In this document: piece by piece, positions 27,037 through 35,458 of the stretch
Layout: each line of letters opens with the position of its first letter
Position numbering within the stretch: the stretch's first letter is position 1
DNA from: a plasmid
Length of the DNA: 54,436 bases
Sequence record: NZ_CP046475.1
Direction: 5' to 3' (one strand)
Notes under the pieces: model-generated
What the model was told of the DNA's origin: nothing
Databases searched by the model: none
Seen by the model: the letters and a program-made list of their open reading frames with translations, nothing else
Made by a program: the position numbers and the translations under genes

Positions 27037-27666
27037 ATGGACCATGTAGGCGTCCCCGGGCAAATTGCCCTTGACATCGACGCACTCATCCGAGAGGCCG
27101 AACTCGACGCCGCCCCCGCATGGGCCGGCGGTCCCCTGCGCCTCACGCTCGACTACCGCACCCCCGACGAGCACGCCGCCGCGATGCAGCGATGGATCTT
27201 GGAGCACGGCCAGGGCGGCTTCCGCAGCCGCAGCCACATGTGGTCCCCCGCGATCTGCCACCAGCCGATCACCATCGAGGGCCACGAGCTGCACGTCCTG
27301 TCCGTCGACCTGCGCACCGAGCACGGCCACGAAGGTCCCGGCGCGCTGCTCTACCAGGCCAACTGCATCCCCTGCCGCTGGCACGAGGTCGCCGCCAGCG
27401 AGAACGAGGCCGTGGAGGCCATGCACGATCACGCAGTCCCCGACTGGCGCGACCTGCCCCTGATGCCCCACAAGATCAGCGCTGCCCTGTCCAACCCGAC
27501 CCGCCAGAACATCGCGGCCGCGCGGACGTGGATCGAGCAGAACTACCCCGCCCACCGTCAGCACCTCGGCGCGCCCATCCGCACCACTCGCACGAGCATG
27601 GGCACCCGCCACGTCCCAGGCCGCTCCCCCTTCGGCGGGTTCGACCTCACCGGCGAGGTCGTTTAG
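27037..27666 (+). CDS. Hypothetical protein (209 aa)
   Basis: AAGGAG SD; His/Cys-containing; no recognised domain. Confidence 0.5.
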   Translation: MDHVGVPGQIALDIDALIREAELDAAPAWAGGPLRLTLDYRTPDEHAAAMQRWILEHGQGGFRSRSHMWSPAICHQPITIEGHELHVLSVDLRTEHGHEGPGALLYQANCIPCRWHEVAASENEAVEAMHDHAVPDWRDLPLMPHKISAALSNPTRQNIAAARTWIEQNYPAHRQHLGAPIRTTRTSMGTRHVPGRSPFGGFDLTGEVV

Positions 27667-27696
27667 CCGTACCCCGCGGCCGATTTGTCAGATTTG

Positions 27697-27735
27697 TCTA
27701 GTCCCCTTGACTTGAATTGTCTACCCCTCTAGACT
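27697..27735 (+). promoter_or_regulatory. Promoter with flanking TCTAG(T/A)C half-sites upstream of hicA
   Basis: TCTAGTcccc-TTGACT-17 bp-TAGACT; CTCTAGAC repeated. Confidence 0.4.
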
Positions 27736-27741
27736 TAGCGT

Positions 27742-27933
27742 ATGAAGAGACAGCAGATCATGAAGGCGCTGAGCGCCGAGGCCAAGAGGCAGGGCTTGTC
27801 CCTGCTCATCACCGAGGGTGGTTCGCACACGAAGGTGAGCATCGGGGACCGTCACACAACCGTCCCCCGACACAACGAGATCAACGAGATCACCGCCAAG
27901 GCGATCCTCAAGCACATGGGAGTGAAGCCATGA
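27742..27933 (+). CDS. hicA: HicA-family mRNA interferase toxin (type II toxin-antitoxin)
   Basis: 63 aa; GSHTKVSIGDRHTTVPRHNEINEITAKAILKHMGV matches the HicA signature (GSH.K...PRH.EI....I.K..G). Confidence 0.8.
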   Translation: MKRQQIMKALSAEAKRQGLSLLITEGGSHTKVSIGDRHTTVPRHNEINEITAKAILKHMGVKP

Positions 27934-28322
27934 AGGTCACCGCGAAGGTCACCCGCTCCGGCGGGTGGTGGGCAATCGAGGTCCCCGAGGTCCGCGGGGT
28001 GTTCACCCAGGCCAAGCGCCTCGACCAGGTCGCTGAGATCGTGGCCGACGCGGTCGCGGTCATGAAGGACGTCGACCCCGCCAGCGTCGAGGTCACGATC
28101 GAGCCGGCGCTGAGCGAGAACACCCGTGTGGACATCTCCGAGGCCCAGCGCCTGAGCAAGGCCGCCGAGGCCGCCATGAGCAAGGCGTCAGCCCAGATGC
28201 GCCGTGCCGTCGCCGGGGCCTTAGCCGAGGGCCTGACCGTGCGTGACGTGGGCATCCTGCTCGACCTCTCCCCCCAGCGCGTCTCCCAGCTCTCCCCCAA
28301 GCGCAACAGCCTGAGCGCCTGA
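27930..28322 (+). CDS. hicB: HicB-family antitoxin (RNase-H-like N-domain + C-terminal HTH)
   Basis: ATGA overlap with hicA; N-terminus TRSGGWWAIEVPEVRGVFTQAKRLDQVAEIV; C-terminal HTH LTVRDVGILLDLSPQRVSQL. Confidence 0.75.
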   Translation: MKVTAKVTRSGGWWAIEVPEVRGVFTQAKRLDQVAEIVADAVAVMKDVDPASVEVTIEPALSENTRVDISEAQRLSKAAEAAMSKASAQMRRAVAGALAEGLTVRDVGILLDLSPQRVSQLSPKRNSLSA

Positions 28323-28368
28323 CCCCGCAAGGGTCGAAGGGGGAAAGTCAGAAACGACCAGCCACTAC

Positions 28369-28442
28369 CTCTAGACATCATTGACCAACTAGACTAGAGT
28401 GACAGTATCAACACGGCAGACCAAGGGACTTACCACCCCACG
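28369..28442 (+). promoter_or_regulatory. Conserved promoter/operator + 5' leader, copy D (upstream of ardC)
   Basis: CTCTAGACatcaTTGACCAACTAGACTAGAGtgacagtATCAACACGGCAGACCAAGGGACTTACCACCCCACG; ~90% identical to copy E. Confidence 0.5.
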
Positions 28443-28460
28443 CACCGCCAGGAGGCACCG

Positions 28461-29411
28461 ATGACCGCGACGAAGCGCACCAGCAAGGCCCGCACCGCCG
28501 AGAGCAAGCGCGAGGAGATGGAGGCTCTGCACCAGCAGCTCGCAGACGGCGTCGAGGCCCTGCGCGGCTCGCAGCAGTGGGCCCGCTACCTGGCGTTCTG
28601 CGCCTCCTTCCACCACTACTCCTTCTCCAACCTCGTCCTGATCTGGATGCAGCGCCCCGAGGCCACCCAGGTCGCCGGGTACCGCGCCTGGCAGGCGAAG
28701 GGGCGACAGGTCCGCAAGGGCGAGCGGGGCGTGCGCATCCTCGGCACCGGCACCGTCAAGGTCAGCGCCCAGGACGACGACGAGGCCAGCACGGGCGACA
28801 ACGCGGCCCAGGACGGCCCGCAGGCGCCCGCGGGCAAGCGTCGGGTCTTCTTCCCCGTCAGCGTCTTCGACATCGCCCAGACCGACGTCATGGAGGGCCA
28901 CGGGGACACCTCGACCGTTACCCACACCCTGGCCGGCGAGGACGTCCACGGCATCCTCGGCCGCGTCGTGGCATACCTGACGGCCACCGGGGTCGTCGTG
29001 GACTTCCAGGAGATCTCCAACGGCGCGAACGGCTACACCAGCCCCGCCGGCCAGGACGGCGAGCCGGTGCGAGTCGTCATCGAGGCACGCAACTCCCCCG
29101 CCCAGCAGGCCAAGACCGCACTGCACGAGGCCGCGCACATTGCGCTGGGCCACCTCGAGGACGGCGTCGAGGAGTACCTGAGCCACCGCGGCCGCTGCGA
29201 GGTCGAGGCCGAGTCTGTGGCCTACGTCCTGGCCGGTCTCCTCGGGCTCGACAGCAGCGCGTACAGCACCGGCTACGTCGCCACCTGGGCAGAGCGCGCC
29301 GACAGCGACGTCGTCAAGAGCACCGCCTCTCGCGTCCTGGCCGCGGTGCACACCCTCTCCCAGGCCCTCGACGGCGAGGACGAGCAGGACGAGCAGCACG
29401 CAGCCGCGTAG
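28461..29411 (+). CDS. ardC: ArdC-like antirestriction protein (ssDNA-binding N-domain + HExxH metalloprotease C-domain)
   Basis: QQWARYLAFCASFHHYSFSNLVLIWMQRPEATQVAGYRAWQAKGRQVRKGERGVRILG fits the ArdC-N/DUF1738 pattern; zincin motif HEAAHIALGH; GGAGG SD. Confidence 0.7.
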   Translation: MTATKRTSKARTAESKREEMEALHQQLADGVEALRGSQQWARYLAFCASFHHYSFSNLVLIWMQRPEATQVAGYRAWQAKGRQVRKGERGVRILGTGTVKVSAQDDDEASTGDNAAQDGPQAPAGKRRVFFPVSVFDIAQTDVMEGHGDTSTVTHTLAGEDVHGILGRVVAYLTATGVVVDFQEISNGANGYTSPAGQDGEPVRVVIEARNSPAQQAKTALHEAAHIALGHLEDGVEEYLSHRGRCEVEAESVAYVLAGLLGLDSSAYSTGYVATWAERADSDVVKSTASRVLAAVHTLSQALDGEDEQDEQHAAA

Positions 29412-29458
29412 GACCCACCTCCCCCCGAACCACCGACCACAGCACGAAGGAGCACCAG

Positions 29459-29845
29459 ATGAGCACCACCGACCACGGCACCGACCGACCGACCCACAAC
29501 GGGTGGGGGATCTGCGAAGGGTGCGGCGCGTTCGTCGACCCCGCAGAGCTCGACGAGCGCGGGACCTGCATCCGCTGCCATGCCGCTCCCCCTTCGACCA
29601 ACCAGACCAGCCAGACCAACGCGAAGGGGGCAGCGCCGGTCCTGCGGCCCGGGGTCCTCTACTTCGCGCACGACCGCATCGTGTACGCGACGATCCGCTG
29701 CGCCGGGTCCTGCGCCCTGTTCACCGGGTTCACCACCGGCGGAGCCGTCCTCTCCCCCGTCACCGATGACGACGCCACGCAGTGGCAGACCTACGGCCTG
29801 GGCCCGATGACGTGCGAGTGCACCGCCCTCACCTACGCCGAGTGA
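29459..29845 (+). CDS. Cys-rich zinc-ribbon hypothetical protein (128 aa)
   Basis: AAGGAG SD; CEGCGAF...CIRCH plus CAGSC...CEC. Confidence 0.5.
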   Translation: MSTTDHGTDRPTHNGWGICEGCGAFVDPAELDERGTCIRCHAAPPSTNQTSQTNAKGAAPVLRPGVLYFAHDRIVYATIRCAGSCALFTGFTTGGAVLSPVTDDDATQWQTYGLGPMTCECTALTYAE

Positions 29846-29848
29846 AAC

Positions 29849-29921
29849 GCTAGACCGTATTGACCAACTAGACTAGACTGACTTTATCAACACGGCAGAC
29901 CAAGGGACTTACCACCCCACG
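29849..29921 (+). promoter_or_regulatory. Conserved promoter/operator + 5' leader, copy E
   Basis: GCTAGACCGTATTGACCAACTAGACTAGACTGACTTTATCAACACGGCAGACCAAGGGACTTACCACCCCACG. Confidence 0.5.
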
Positions 29922-29940
29922 ACCCAGCAGGAGGCACCCC

Positions 29941-30216
29941 ATGACGTGGTTCCCCGACAACATCACCGCCGAGCGGCGGCAGGCGATCCGGCGCGCGTCC
30001 TGCGCGGTCGTGCGCCTGACGATCTGCCCGGGCATGGCCAACCCGGCCCGGCGGCAGCGCGACATCGTCGACGACGTCGTCCTCTACGGCGACGCGGAGG
30101 CATGGGAGGCGGTCGCTGCGCTCGAGGCCATGCTCGTGCAGCAGGGCATCGCGACCCGCGAGCAGATCGAGGCTGCGGTCCGCGCCCGCGCCGAGCGCGA
30201 GGAGGCCGTCCGATGA
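29941..30216 (+). CDS. Hypothetical protein (91 aa)
   Basis: CAGGAGG SD; follows leader copy E. Confidence 0.45.
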   Translation: MTWFPDNITAERRQAIRRASCAVVRLTICPGMANPARRQRDIVDDVVLYGDAEAWEAVAALEAMLVQQGIATREQIEAAVRARAEREEAVR

Positions 30217-30374
30217 TGTACGCCGGCGAGGAAGAGCTGGCGCACGGCGACCAGCACCCCGAGGTCTACGACGACCAGGGTGAGGACGGCGGGGACCCGC
30301 TGGACCTGCCGTGCGAGGAGTGTGGAGCCGAGGCGGGGGAGGAGTGTCGGCCCTACTGCACCGCGATGCCCTGA
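30213..30374 (+). CDS. Small acidic Cys-containing protein (53 aa)
   Basis: ATGA overlap with the upstream gene; CEECGAEAGEECRPYC. Confidence 0.3.
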   Translation: MMYAGEEELAHGDQHPEVYDDQGEDGGDPLDLPCEECGAEAGEECRPYCTAMP

Positions 30375-30527
30375 GGTGGTCGACCGCACCCCCGACCCTC
30401 GCAGGGGAGAGAGGGCGGGGGTGCGGCCTCAACACGGCGGACCGGCTACCAACCGGAACGCACCCCACCAGGATACGAAGCCAAGGGCCGCAGGAGACCA
30501 GTTAGACCGGCGACACGCGCGCGACAC

Positions 30528-30586
30528 GCTAGACCGCATTGACCAACGCACGTAACCTGACCACATCGACACGGCAGACCAAGGAG
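30528..30586 (+). promoter_or_regulatory. Conserved promoter/operator, copy F (upstream of parA), with TGACCA repeats (candidate centromere)
   Basis: GCTAGACCGCATTGACCAACgcacgtaaccTGACCACATCGACACGGCAGACCAAGGAG. Confidence 0.45.
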
Positions 30587-30592
30587 TCACCA

Positions 30593-31375
30593 GTGGCCAT
30601 CTACACCGTCGCCCTGTCCAAGGGCGGCTCGACCAAGACCACCACCGCGGCGGAGATCGCCGCGGAGCTGGCCCGGCGCGGACGCCGCGTGCTGGCGATC
30701 GACCTCGACCAGCAGGGCAACTTCTCCACCCGCCTCGGCGCTGACGACGACACCGAGGTCGTCGCGGTGGCGTCCGAGGTGATGACGGGGGATGCGACGG
30801 TGCGCGAGGCGGCGGTGCCCTCGCCGAGCGTGCCCGGGGTCGACCTGCTCGTCGGCACCTACGACCTGGCTGGGCTGGACCAGCGCCCTGAGGTCGTCAC
30901 CGCGCTTCGTGACCAGCTGCCGCAGGTCGTGGGGGAGTGGGACGACGTCGTCATCGACACCCCGCCTGCCCTGGGTCTGGTCACCCTGGCCGCCCTGGCG
31001 GCCGCCGACGTTGTCGTCGCCGCCGTGGCGTGCGAGACCGAGGCCTACGACCAGCTGCGCCGCCTCGTCAGCTTCGTCGACGAGCGCGTCGCCCGGATGC
31101 TCAACCCGGGACAGCAGGTGCACTGGATCGTGCCGACCCGCTACGACTCGCGTCGCCTGCTCGACCGCGACGTCGTCGAGATGCTCAACAAGGACCACCC
31201 CGGCCGGGTCTCGAGCCCGATCCGCGAGGCCGTGGCCGCACGCGACGCCTACACCTCCGGTCAGCCCGTCAGCGTCTACGCACCCGGCTCGGGCATCGCG
31301 CAGGACTACGCCGCAGCCCTCGCGCCGATCCTCGACGTGCACCGCGTGACCATCAAGACCACCTCGACCAACTAG
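30593..31375 (+). CDS. parA: ParA-family partition ATPase
   Basis: GTG start after AAGGAG; deviant Walker A KGGSTKTT; DLDQQGN; 260 aa. Confidence 0.85.
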   Translation: MAIYTVALSKGGSTKTTTAAEIAAELARRGRRVLAIDLDQQGNFSTRLGADDDTEVVAVASEVMTGDATVREAAVPSPSVPGVDLLVGTYDLAGLDQRPEVVTALRDQLPQVVGEWDDVVIDTPPALGLVTLAALAAADVVVAAVACETEAYDQLRRLVSFVDERVARMLNPGQQVHWIVPTRYDSRRLLDRDVVEMLNKDHPGRVSSPIREAVAARDAYTSGQPVSVYAPGSGIAQDYAAALAPILDVHRVTIKTTSTN

Positions 31376-31389
31376 ACCAGGGAGACAGC

Positions 31390-32031
31390 ATGAGCCCCCA
31401 GAAGCGCCGCACCCTCGGTGACCGCAACCGCGCCGCCATCGCCGGCGAGCCCGATCCGGCCTCCCCGGTCGAGACCACGACGCAGCCCATCGAGCCGGTG
31501 GCCACCGCGCCGACGAGGGCGCCCAAGCCCGACACCAAGACCCCGACTGCGAAGACCTCGACGCCGCGCAAGAGCGCGACGAAGACCGCGACGCCGGCGA
31601 AGGCGGAGAAGCAGGGGGCCGGGCAGGTGACACGGCTCGGCATCTACGTCACCCCGCAGGAGTTCACCGACGCCAAGGCGGCCTATCTGGCGGCCTGGCA
31701 GCTCGGGGGAGAGGCAGACACCTTCGCCAAGTGGATCGGGGCCGCGATCGACGCCCACGCCTCCCGCAGTGTCACCGAGCGCACCGAGCTTGCTCGGCCG
31801 CAGGAGCGGTCCGCGCAGCGCTCGGGGTCCACCCGGTCGTTTTCCGTGGCTTCCGATGTCGTCGCCCGGATGCGCAAGGCGATCACCGCAGACCAGCAGG
31901 CGGGTCGGTTCCCCAGCGACAGCGCGTGGTGCGGCGACGCGATCGCGGCCGCGGTGCAGAGCACTCGGCAGGCCGCCGGCGGCGACCTGCCGACCCCGCC
32001 GGCGCGTCTGCCCAACCGTCTCGTGCGCTGA
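31390..32031 (+). CDS. Putative partition partner/centromere-binding protein (basic, low-complexity N-terminus)
   Basis: Immediately downstream of parA; GGGAG SD; Lys/Thr/Pro-rich N-terminus; no canonical ParB fold recognised. Confidence 0.4.
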   Translation: MSPQKRRTLGDRNRAAIAGEPDPASPVETTTQPIEPVATAPTRAPKPDTKTPTAKTSTPRKSATKTATPAKAEKQGAGQVTRLGIYVTPQEFTDAKAAYLAAWQLGGEADTFAKWIGAAIDAHASRSVTERTELARPQERSAQRSGSTRSFSVASDVVARMRKAITADQQAGRFPSDSAWCGDAIAAAVQSTRQAAGGDLPTPPARLPNRLVR

Positions 32032-32045
32032 CCGTACTGACTGCA

Positions 32046-32069
32046 CTGACCAACTCGACCATCTAGACC
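32046..32069 (+). promoter_or_regulatory. Conserved promoter/operator motif, copy H (CTGACCAACTCGACcatCTAGACC)
   Basis: Variant of the TTGACCAACTAGAC motif upstream of the 32084 gene. Confidence 0.4.
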
Positions 32070-32083
32070 AGGAGGTGAGCGGT

Positions 32084-32392
32084 GTGAGCCAGGTAGGCCC
32101 CTTCGTCGACGAGGCGCACGAGCCGCCGCCGGAGCACCACGACGACCCGGTCGACGTCGTCGACCACGGTCCGCGGGCCAACGACCCGACCTCCATGACG
32201 CCCGAGCAGCTGGAGATCTTCATGGCCGGCTACGAGGCCGGCCGTGCTACCGGGTTCGAGGACGGGTACATCGAGGGCTACAGCGCGTGTGATCGCGAGA
32301 TCGCCCGCCTGCAGCGCGCCGCGGTCGAGGCCACCCGCCGCGGTGACCCCTTCCCGTTCCTGACCGAGCACGACGACGAGCGCAGGGAGTGA
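32084..32392 (+). CDS. Hypothetical acidic protein (102 aa)
   Basis: GTG start 5 nt after GGAGGT. Confidence 0.4.
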   Translation: MSQVGPFVDEAHEPPPEHHDDPVDVVDHGPRANDPTSMTPEQLEIFMAGYEAGRATGFEDGYIEGYSACDREIARLQRAAVEATRRGDPFPFLTEHDDERRE

Positions 32393-32397
32393 GAGCG

Positions 32398-32529
32398 ATG
32401 GTCTGCACGAAGTGCCGCGAAGGCGAGCACGAGGACTGCTACGACACCCAACACCCGCAGCAGGACTACAGAGGCTGCGCCTGCCAGCACCAGGCGCTCC
32501 GCGAGCCGCCGGAGGCGAAGGGGGAGTAG
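32398..32529 (+). CDS. Tiny Cys/His-rich protein (43 aa)
   Basis: GGGAG upstream; CTKC...C...CAC. Confidence 0.25.
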   Translation: MVCTKCREGEHEDCYDTQHPQQDYRGCACQHQALREPPEAKGE

Positions 32530-33177
32530 CGCCGACACGCCAGCCGGCGGCCACTGCCAACCGTCCACGGATCGAACAGGTGTTCGACAGTGTGGGATCA
32601 TCGGGCGATGGGGCAGGCGCGCTGGCACAAGCAGTGGCCGCCGCAGCGCCCGCGCCATGTGTGGGTGCGCCCGTTATCGGGAGAGCCGGGGGAGCAGCCC
32701 CGCCAGGGGCTCTTGCTGCGCTGGGAGCAGGACCGCGGCCGCGGGCGCTGGGTCGCCGTGGTGGTCACCCTTGAGGGTGAGCAGCTGCGCGTCGACGTCG
32801 TGCCGGCGACTGCTGTCGCCCCGGTCGAGTCCGACCCTAATCGTGTGCTCTCGCGGGACGCGGCCGTCCTGCGAGGTCTGCGCCGCCCTGGCTGAGGCGG
32901 GCAAGGGTGGACAACTTGTTGCCGGTCCCGGCGCACCGCGGCTTGTGTGTGCGCATGACCTTCGGACTGTGGATCTCGGTGCTGCCGCTGCTCGTCGTCG
33001 CCGCGGCCTGCGTGCGCGTGCTGCTGACGCCCAGCCCCCGCTGACGCGACCCCCCTTCGCCTGGGGCATCCTTGCTGCCCGGGAGGGGTCAGGCGTTGCC
33101 AAGTGGGGTACGTCTAACCCCTCCCACCTTGCTCAGCCGGATGGCGTCGACGAAACCTGGCCCCAAGCATGAGAAGA

Positions 33178-33205
33178 CCCCCACCCTCTCCGAAGAGGGC
33201 GGGGG
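33178..33205. terminator. GC-rich hairpin (bidirectional terminator candidate)
   Basis: CCCCCACCCTC-tccgaa-GAGGGCGGGGG (1 mismatch). Confidence 0.35.
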
Positions 33206-33266
33206 TCGTGTTCTGCCGGGAACAGCGGCGAGGCTATGTGACAGCGCCGACAACCCGGTGGGGGAG

Positions 33267-33488
33267 CTACCGAGATAGGTGCCCGTAGGTCGCTCGGATC
33301 GCCTTGATGACGGCTTCATTCCTCGACAAGCGATCGCCTGACTTCGCCGCGTGCTGCACGGCCATCTCGACGAGGTTGTAGACGTCGGGAGGGAATCTGT
33401 ACGAGACCGCGTGAGCCGGGGCCGCCACGGGCGGCAACCGACGGTCCAGGTTGTTGCTATCCACGGCACGTCCTCTCAGTTCAAGCAA
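33267..33488 (-). CDS. Ribbon-helix-helix (CopG/antitoxin-like) DNA-binding protein
   Basis: YRFPPDVYNLVEMAVQHAAKSGDRLSRNEAVIKAIRATYG fits the RHH pattern; 73 aa, may start further downstream. Confidence 0.45.
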   Translation of the reverse strand: MLELRGRAVDSNNLDRRLPPVAAPAHAVSYRFPPDVYNLVEMAVQHAAKSGDRLSRNEAVIKAIRATYGHLSR

Positions 33489-33750
33489 TCAGTGCAAGCC
33501 ATCCTTGCGCCCAATCGGCGGCGTCGCACTCCCAAGGTCGCGTCAGCCCTGCTCACTGACGATCAGTTTCGAGCGATTGCGGAAACCTACAAGGTCGCGC
33601 GCTGTTGCATAGCGGCGCGGATCGCGCCTACCCTTGAAACGTGCATTTGTACTTCCTGTGACGGCTGAGTAAGGCCTACCGCGCTCGTTGAGTCATCCGA
33701 GCCTGCGGCGGCCGCTCGTTCTCGACCCTCCACGGGTCGCCGTCATCTTG

Positions 33751-33784
33751 CGCACCTTCGCACGCTTCTTAGCCGTGCGGTGCG
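33751..33784 (+). promoter_or_regulatory. Leader hairpin 18 nt upstream of the ABC-F start (attenuator candidate)
   Basis: CGCACC-ttc-GCACG-cttcttagc-CGTGC-GGTGCG followed by SD GAAGGA; short uORF candidate MHLYFL at ~33646..33666. Confidence 0.4.
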
Positions 33785-33802
33785 TCGTTCCGAAGGATAC
33801 GA

Positions 33803-35458
33803 ATGCTCTCCCTCAACACCCCTCGACCCGCGCGTCAGCGCGCGCAGCTCATCGCGTCCGACGTCTCTGTGATGCGCGGAGCCACCCCCGTCCTCAACCA
33901 CGTTGACCTCACGATCACGGCCACCTCGCGCGTAGCGATCGTCGGCGAGAACGGCCGGGGTAAGTCGACGCTCCTGCACGTCCTCACCGGCACTCTCACC
34001 CCGGACAGCGGAGTAGTGCAGCGACTCGGGACGCTCGGCATAGCCGAACAGGAAATGCCGAGCGGCGACGATAGAACCGTGGGCCAGGCGGTCGCGGAAG
34101 CGATCGCGCAGCCGCTGGCCGCCCTGGCGTCCCTCGATGCGGCCGCGGCGTCACTCTCGGCGGGCGTCACCGGAGCTGAGGAGCGATATGCCGCCGCTCT
34201 GGAGCACGCCGAAGTCCTAGATGCGTGGGACGCCGAACGGCGGGTGCAGATCGCGCTGGAAGCGCTCGACGCCGAAACCGATCCCGCCCGCCGACTGCAC
34301 GACCTCTCCGTCGGGCAGCGGTACCGCGTGCGCTTGGCGTGCCTGCTCGGCGCCGATGACGATTTCCTGTTGCTCGACGAGCCGACGAACCATCTCGATA
34401 GGAGCGGCCTCGAGTTCCTGACCGCGCAACTGCGGTCGCGAAACGGCGGCGTGATCGTCGTCACCCACGATCGCGCGCTGCTATCCGACGTCGCGGAGAC
34501 GATCGTCGACCTCGACCCAACCCCCGACGATCAGGTGCGCGTGTACGGCAACGGCTACGCCGGCTACCGGGAAGGCCGGCGCGCAGAGCGCGAACGGTGG
34601 GAGCAAGAATACGAGCGACAGCAGACCGAGCTCGCACGACTGCAGGACAGTCTCAGCTCAGCGCAGAATCGTCTCGTCTCGGGCTGGCGCCCAGAGAAGG
34701 GAACCAACAAGCACGGACGGGCGACGCGCGCGGGCGGGCTCGTGCAAAGCGTGCACCGCCGGCAGGAACAACTCGAAGCGCACGCGGTGACCGTCCCCGA
34801 GCCGCCGCAAGTGTTCCGCTTCCCAGACCTCGCGACCCGAACCGGAGCGGTGCTACTGAGTGTGGATCAGGTGACCGTGGCCGACAGGCTCACGCGCCCG
34901 GTGACGCTCTCGCTGGCGCACCGGGGGCGTCTGGTCGTGACCGGACCCAATGGGGCCGGGAAGTCCACTCTGTTGAGCGTTGCAGCGGGTGATCTGCACG
35001 CGGACACGGGCAGCGTTCGTCGTCCATCGAATGTCCGGCTTGCGTTCCTCCGCCAGGAGACCGCGCTGCCGCCGGATCGTCGCGCAAGCGCGGTCTACGC
35101 GGCCCACGTCGACACACTCGTGGCGGCCGGCACCGTCCACCCAAGCGAGGCCGTCGGGCTCTCGCAGCTCGGGCTCCTTCGCGCCCGCGAATCGAGCAAG
35201 CGGATAGGTGAGCTGTCGATGGGCCAGCAACGGCGCCTCGACCTGGCCCTGGTGCTCGCCACCAAGCCTCACGTGCTCCTGCTCGACGAACCGACCAACC
35301 ACCTATCGATCGCGCTCGTCGACGAACTGACCGACGCGCTCAACGCCACCCAAGCGGCTGTGATCGTATCCACCCACGACAGGCAGCTTCTTCGCGACGT
35401 CGACGGCTGGCCCTCGTTGCGACTGGCAGCACCGACCGAGAGCGAGGCGCTGGTATGA
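33803..35458 (+). CDS. ABC-F family double-ATPase (ARE/ribosomal-protection-type antibiotic resistance candidate)
   Basis: Two ABC cassettes without a TM domain: GENGRGKSTLLHVL, LSVGQRYRVRLA, LLLDEPTNHLD; GPNGAGKSTLL, LSMGQQRRLDLA, LLLDEPTNHLS; 551 aa. Confidence 0.85.
   Translation: MLSLNTPRPARQRAQLIASDVSVMRGATPVLNHVDLTITATSRVAIVGENGRGKSTLLHVLTGTLTPDSGVVQRLGTLGIAEQEMPSGDDRTVGQAVAEAIAQPLAALASLDAAAASLSAGVTGAEERYAAALEHAEVLDAWDAERRVQIALEALDAETDPARRLHDLSVGQRYRVRLACLLGADDDFLLLDEPTNHLDRSGLEFLTAQLRSRNGGVIVVTHDRALLSDVAETIVDLDPTPDDQVRVYGNGYAGYREGRRAERERWEQEYERQQTELARLQDSLSSAQNRLVSGWRPEKGTNKHGRATRAGGLVQSVHRRQEQLEAHAVTVPEPPQVFRFPDLATRTGAVLLSVDQVTVADRLTRPVTLSLAHRGRLVVTGPNGAGKSTLLSVAAGDLHADTGSVRRPSNVRLAFLRQETALPPDRRASAVYAAHVDTLVAAGTVHPSEAVGLSQLGLLRARESSKRIGELSMGQQRRLDLALVLATKPHVLLLDEPTNHLSIALVDELTDALNATQAAVIVSTHDRQLLRDVDGWPSLRLAAPTESEALV

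Noticed and set aside
28577-29845. 422-aa + strand ORF overlapping ardC in another frame
   Set aside because: Only its last 128 codons (from the ATG at 29459, with AAGGAG SD) form a plausible gene. The upstream part is an Arg/Pro/Gly-rich alternative frame of ardC.
30587-31633. 348-aa - strand ORF antisense to parA
   Set aside because: ParA motifs (KGGSTKTT) are unambiguous on the + strand; the antisense product is Arg/Gly/Ala-rich.
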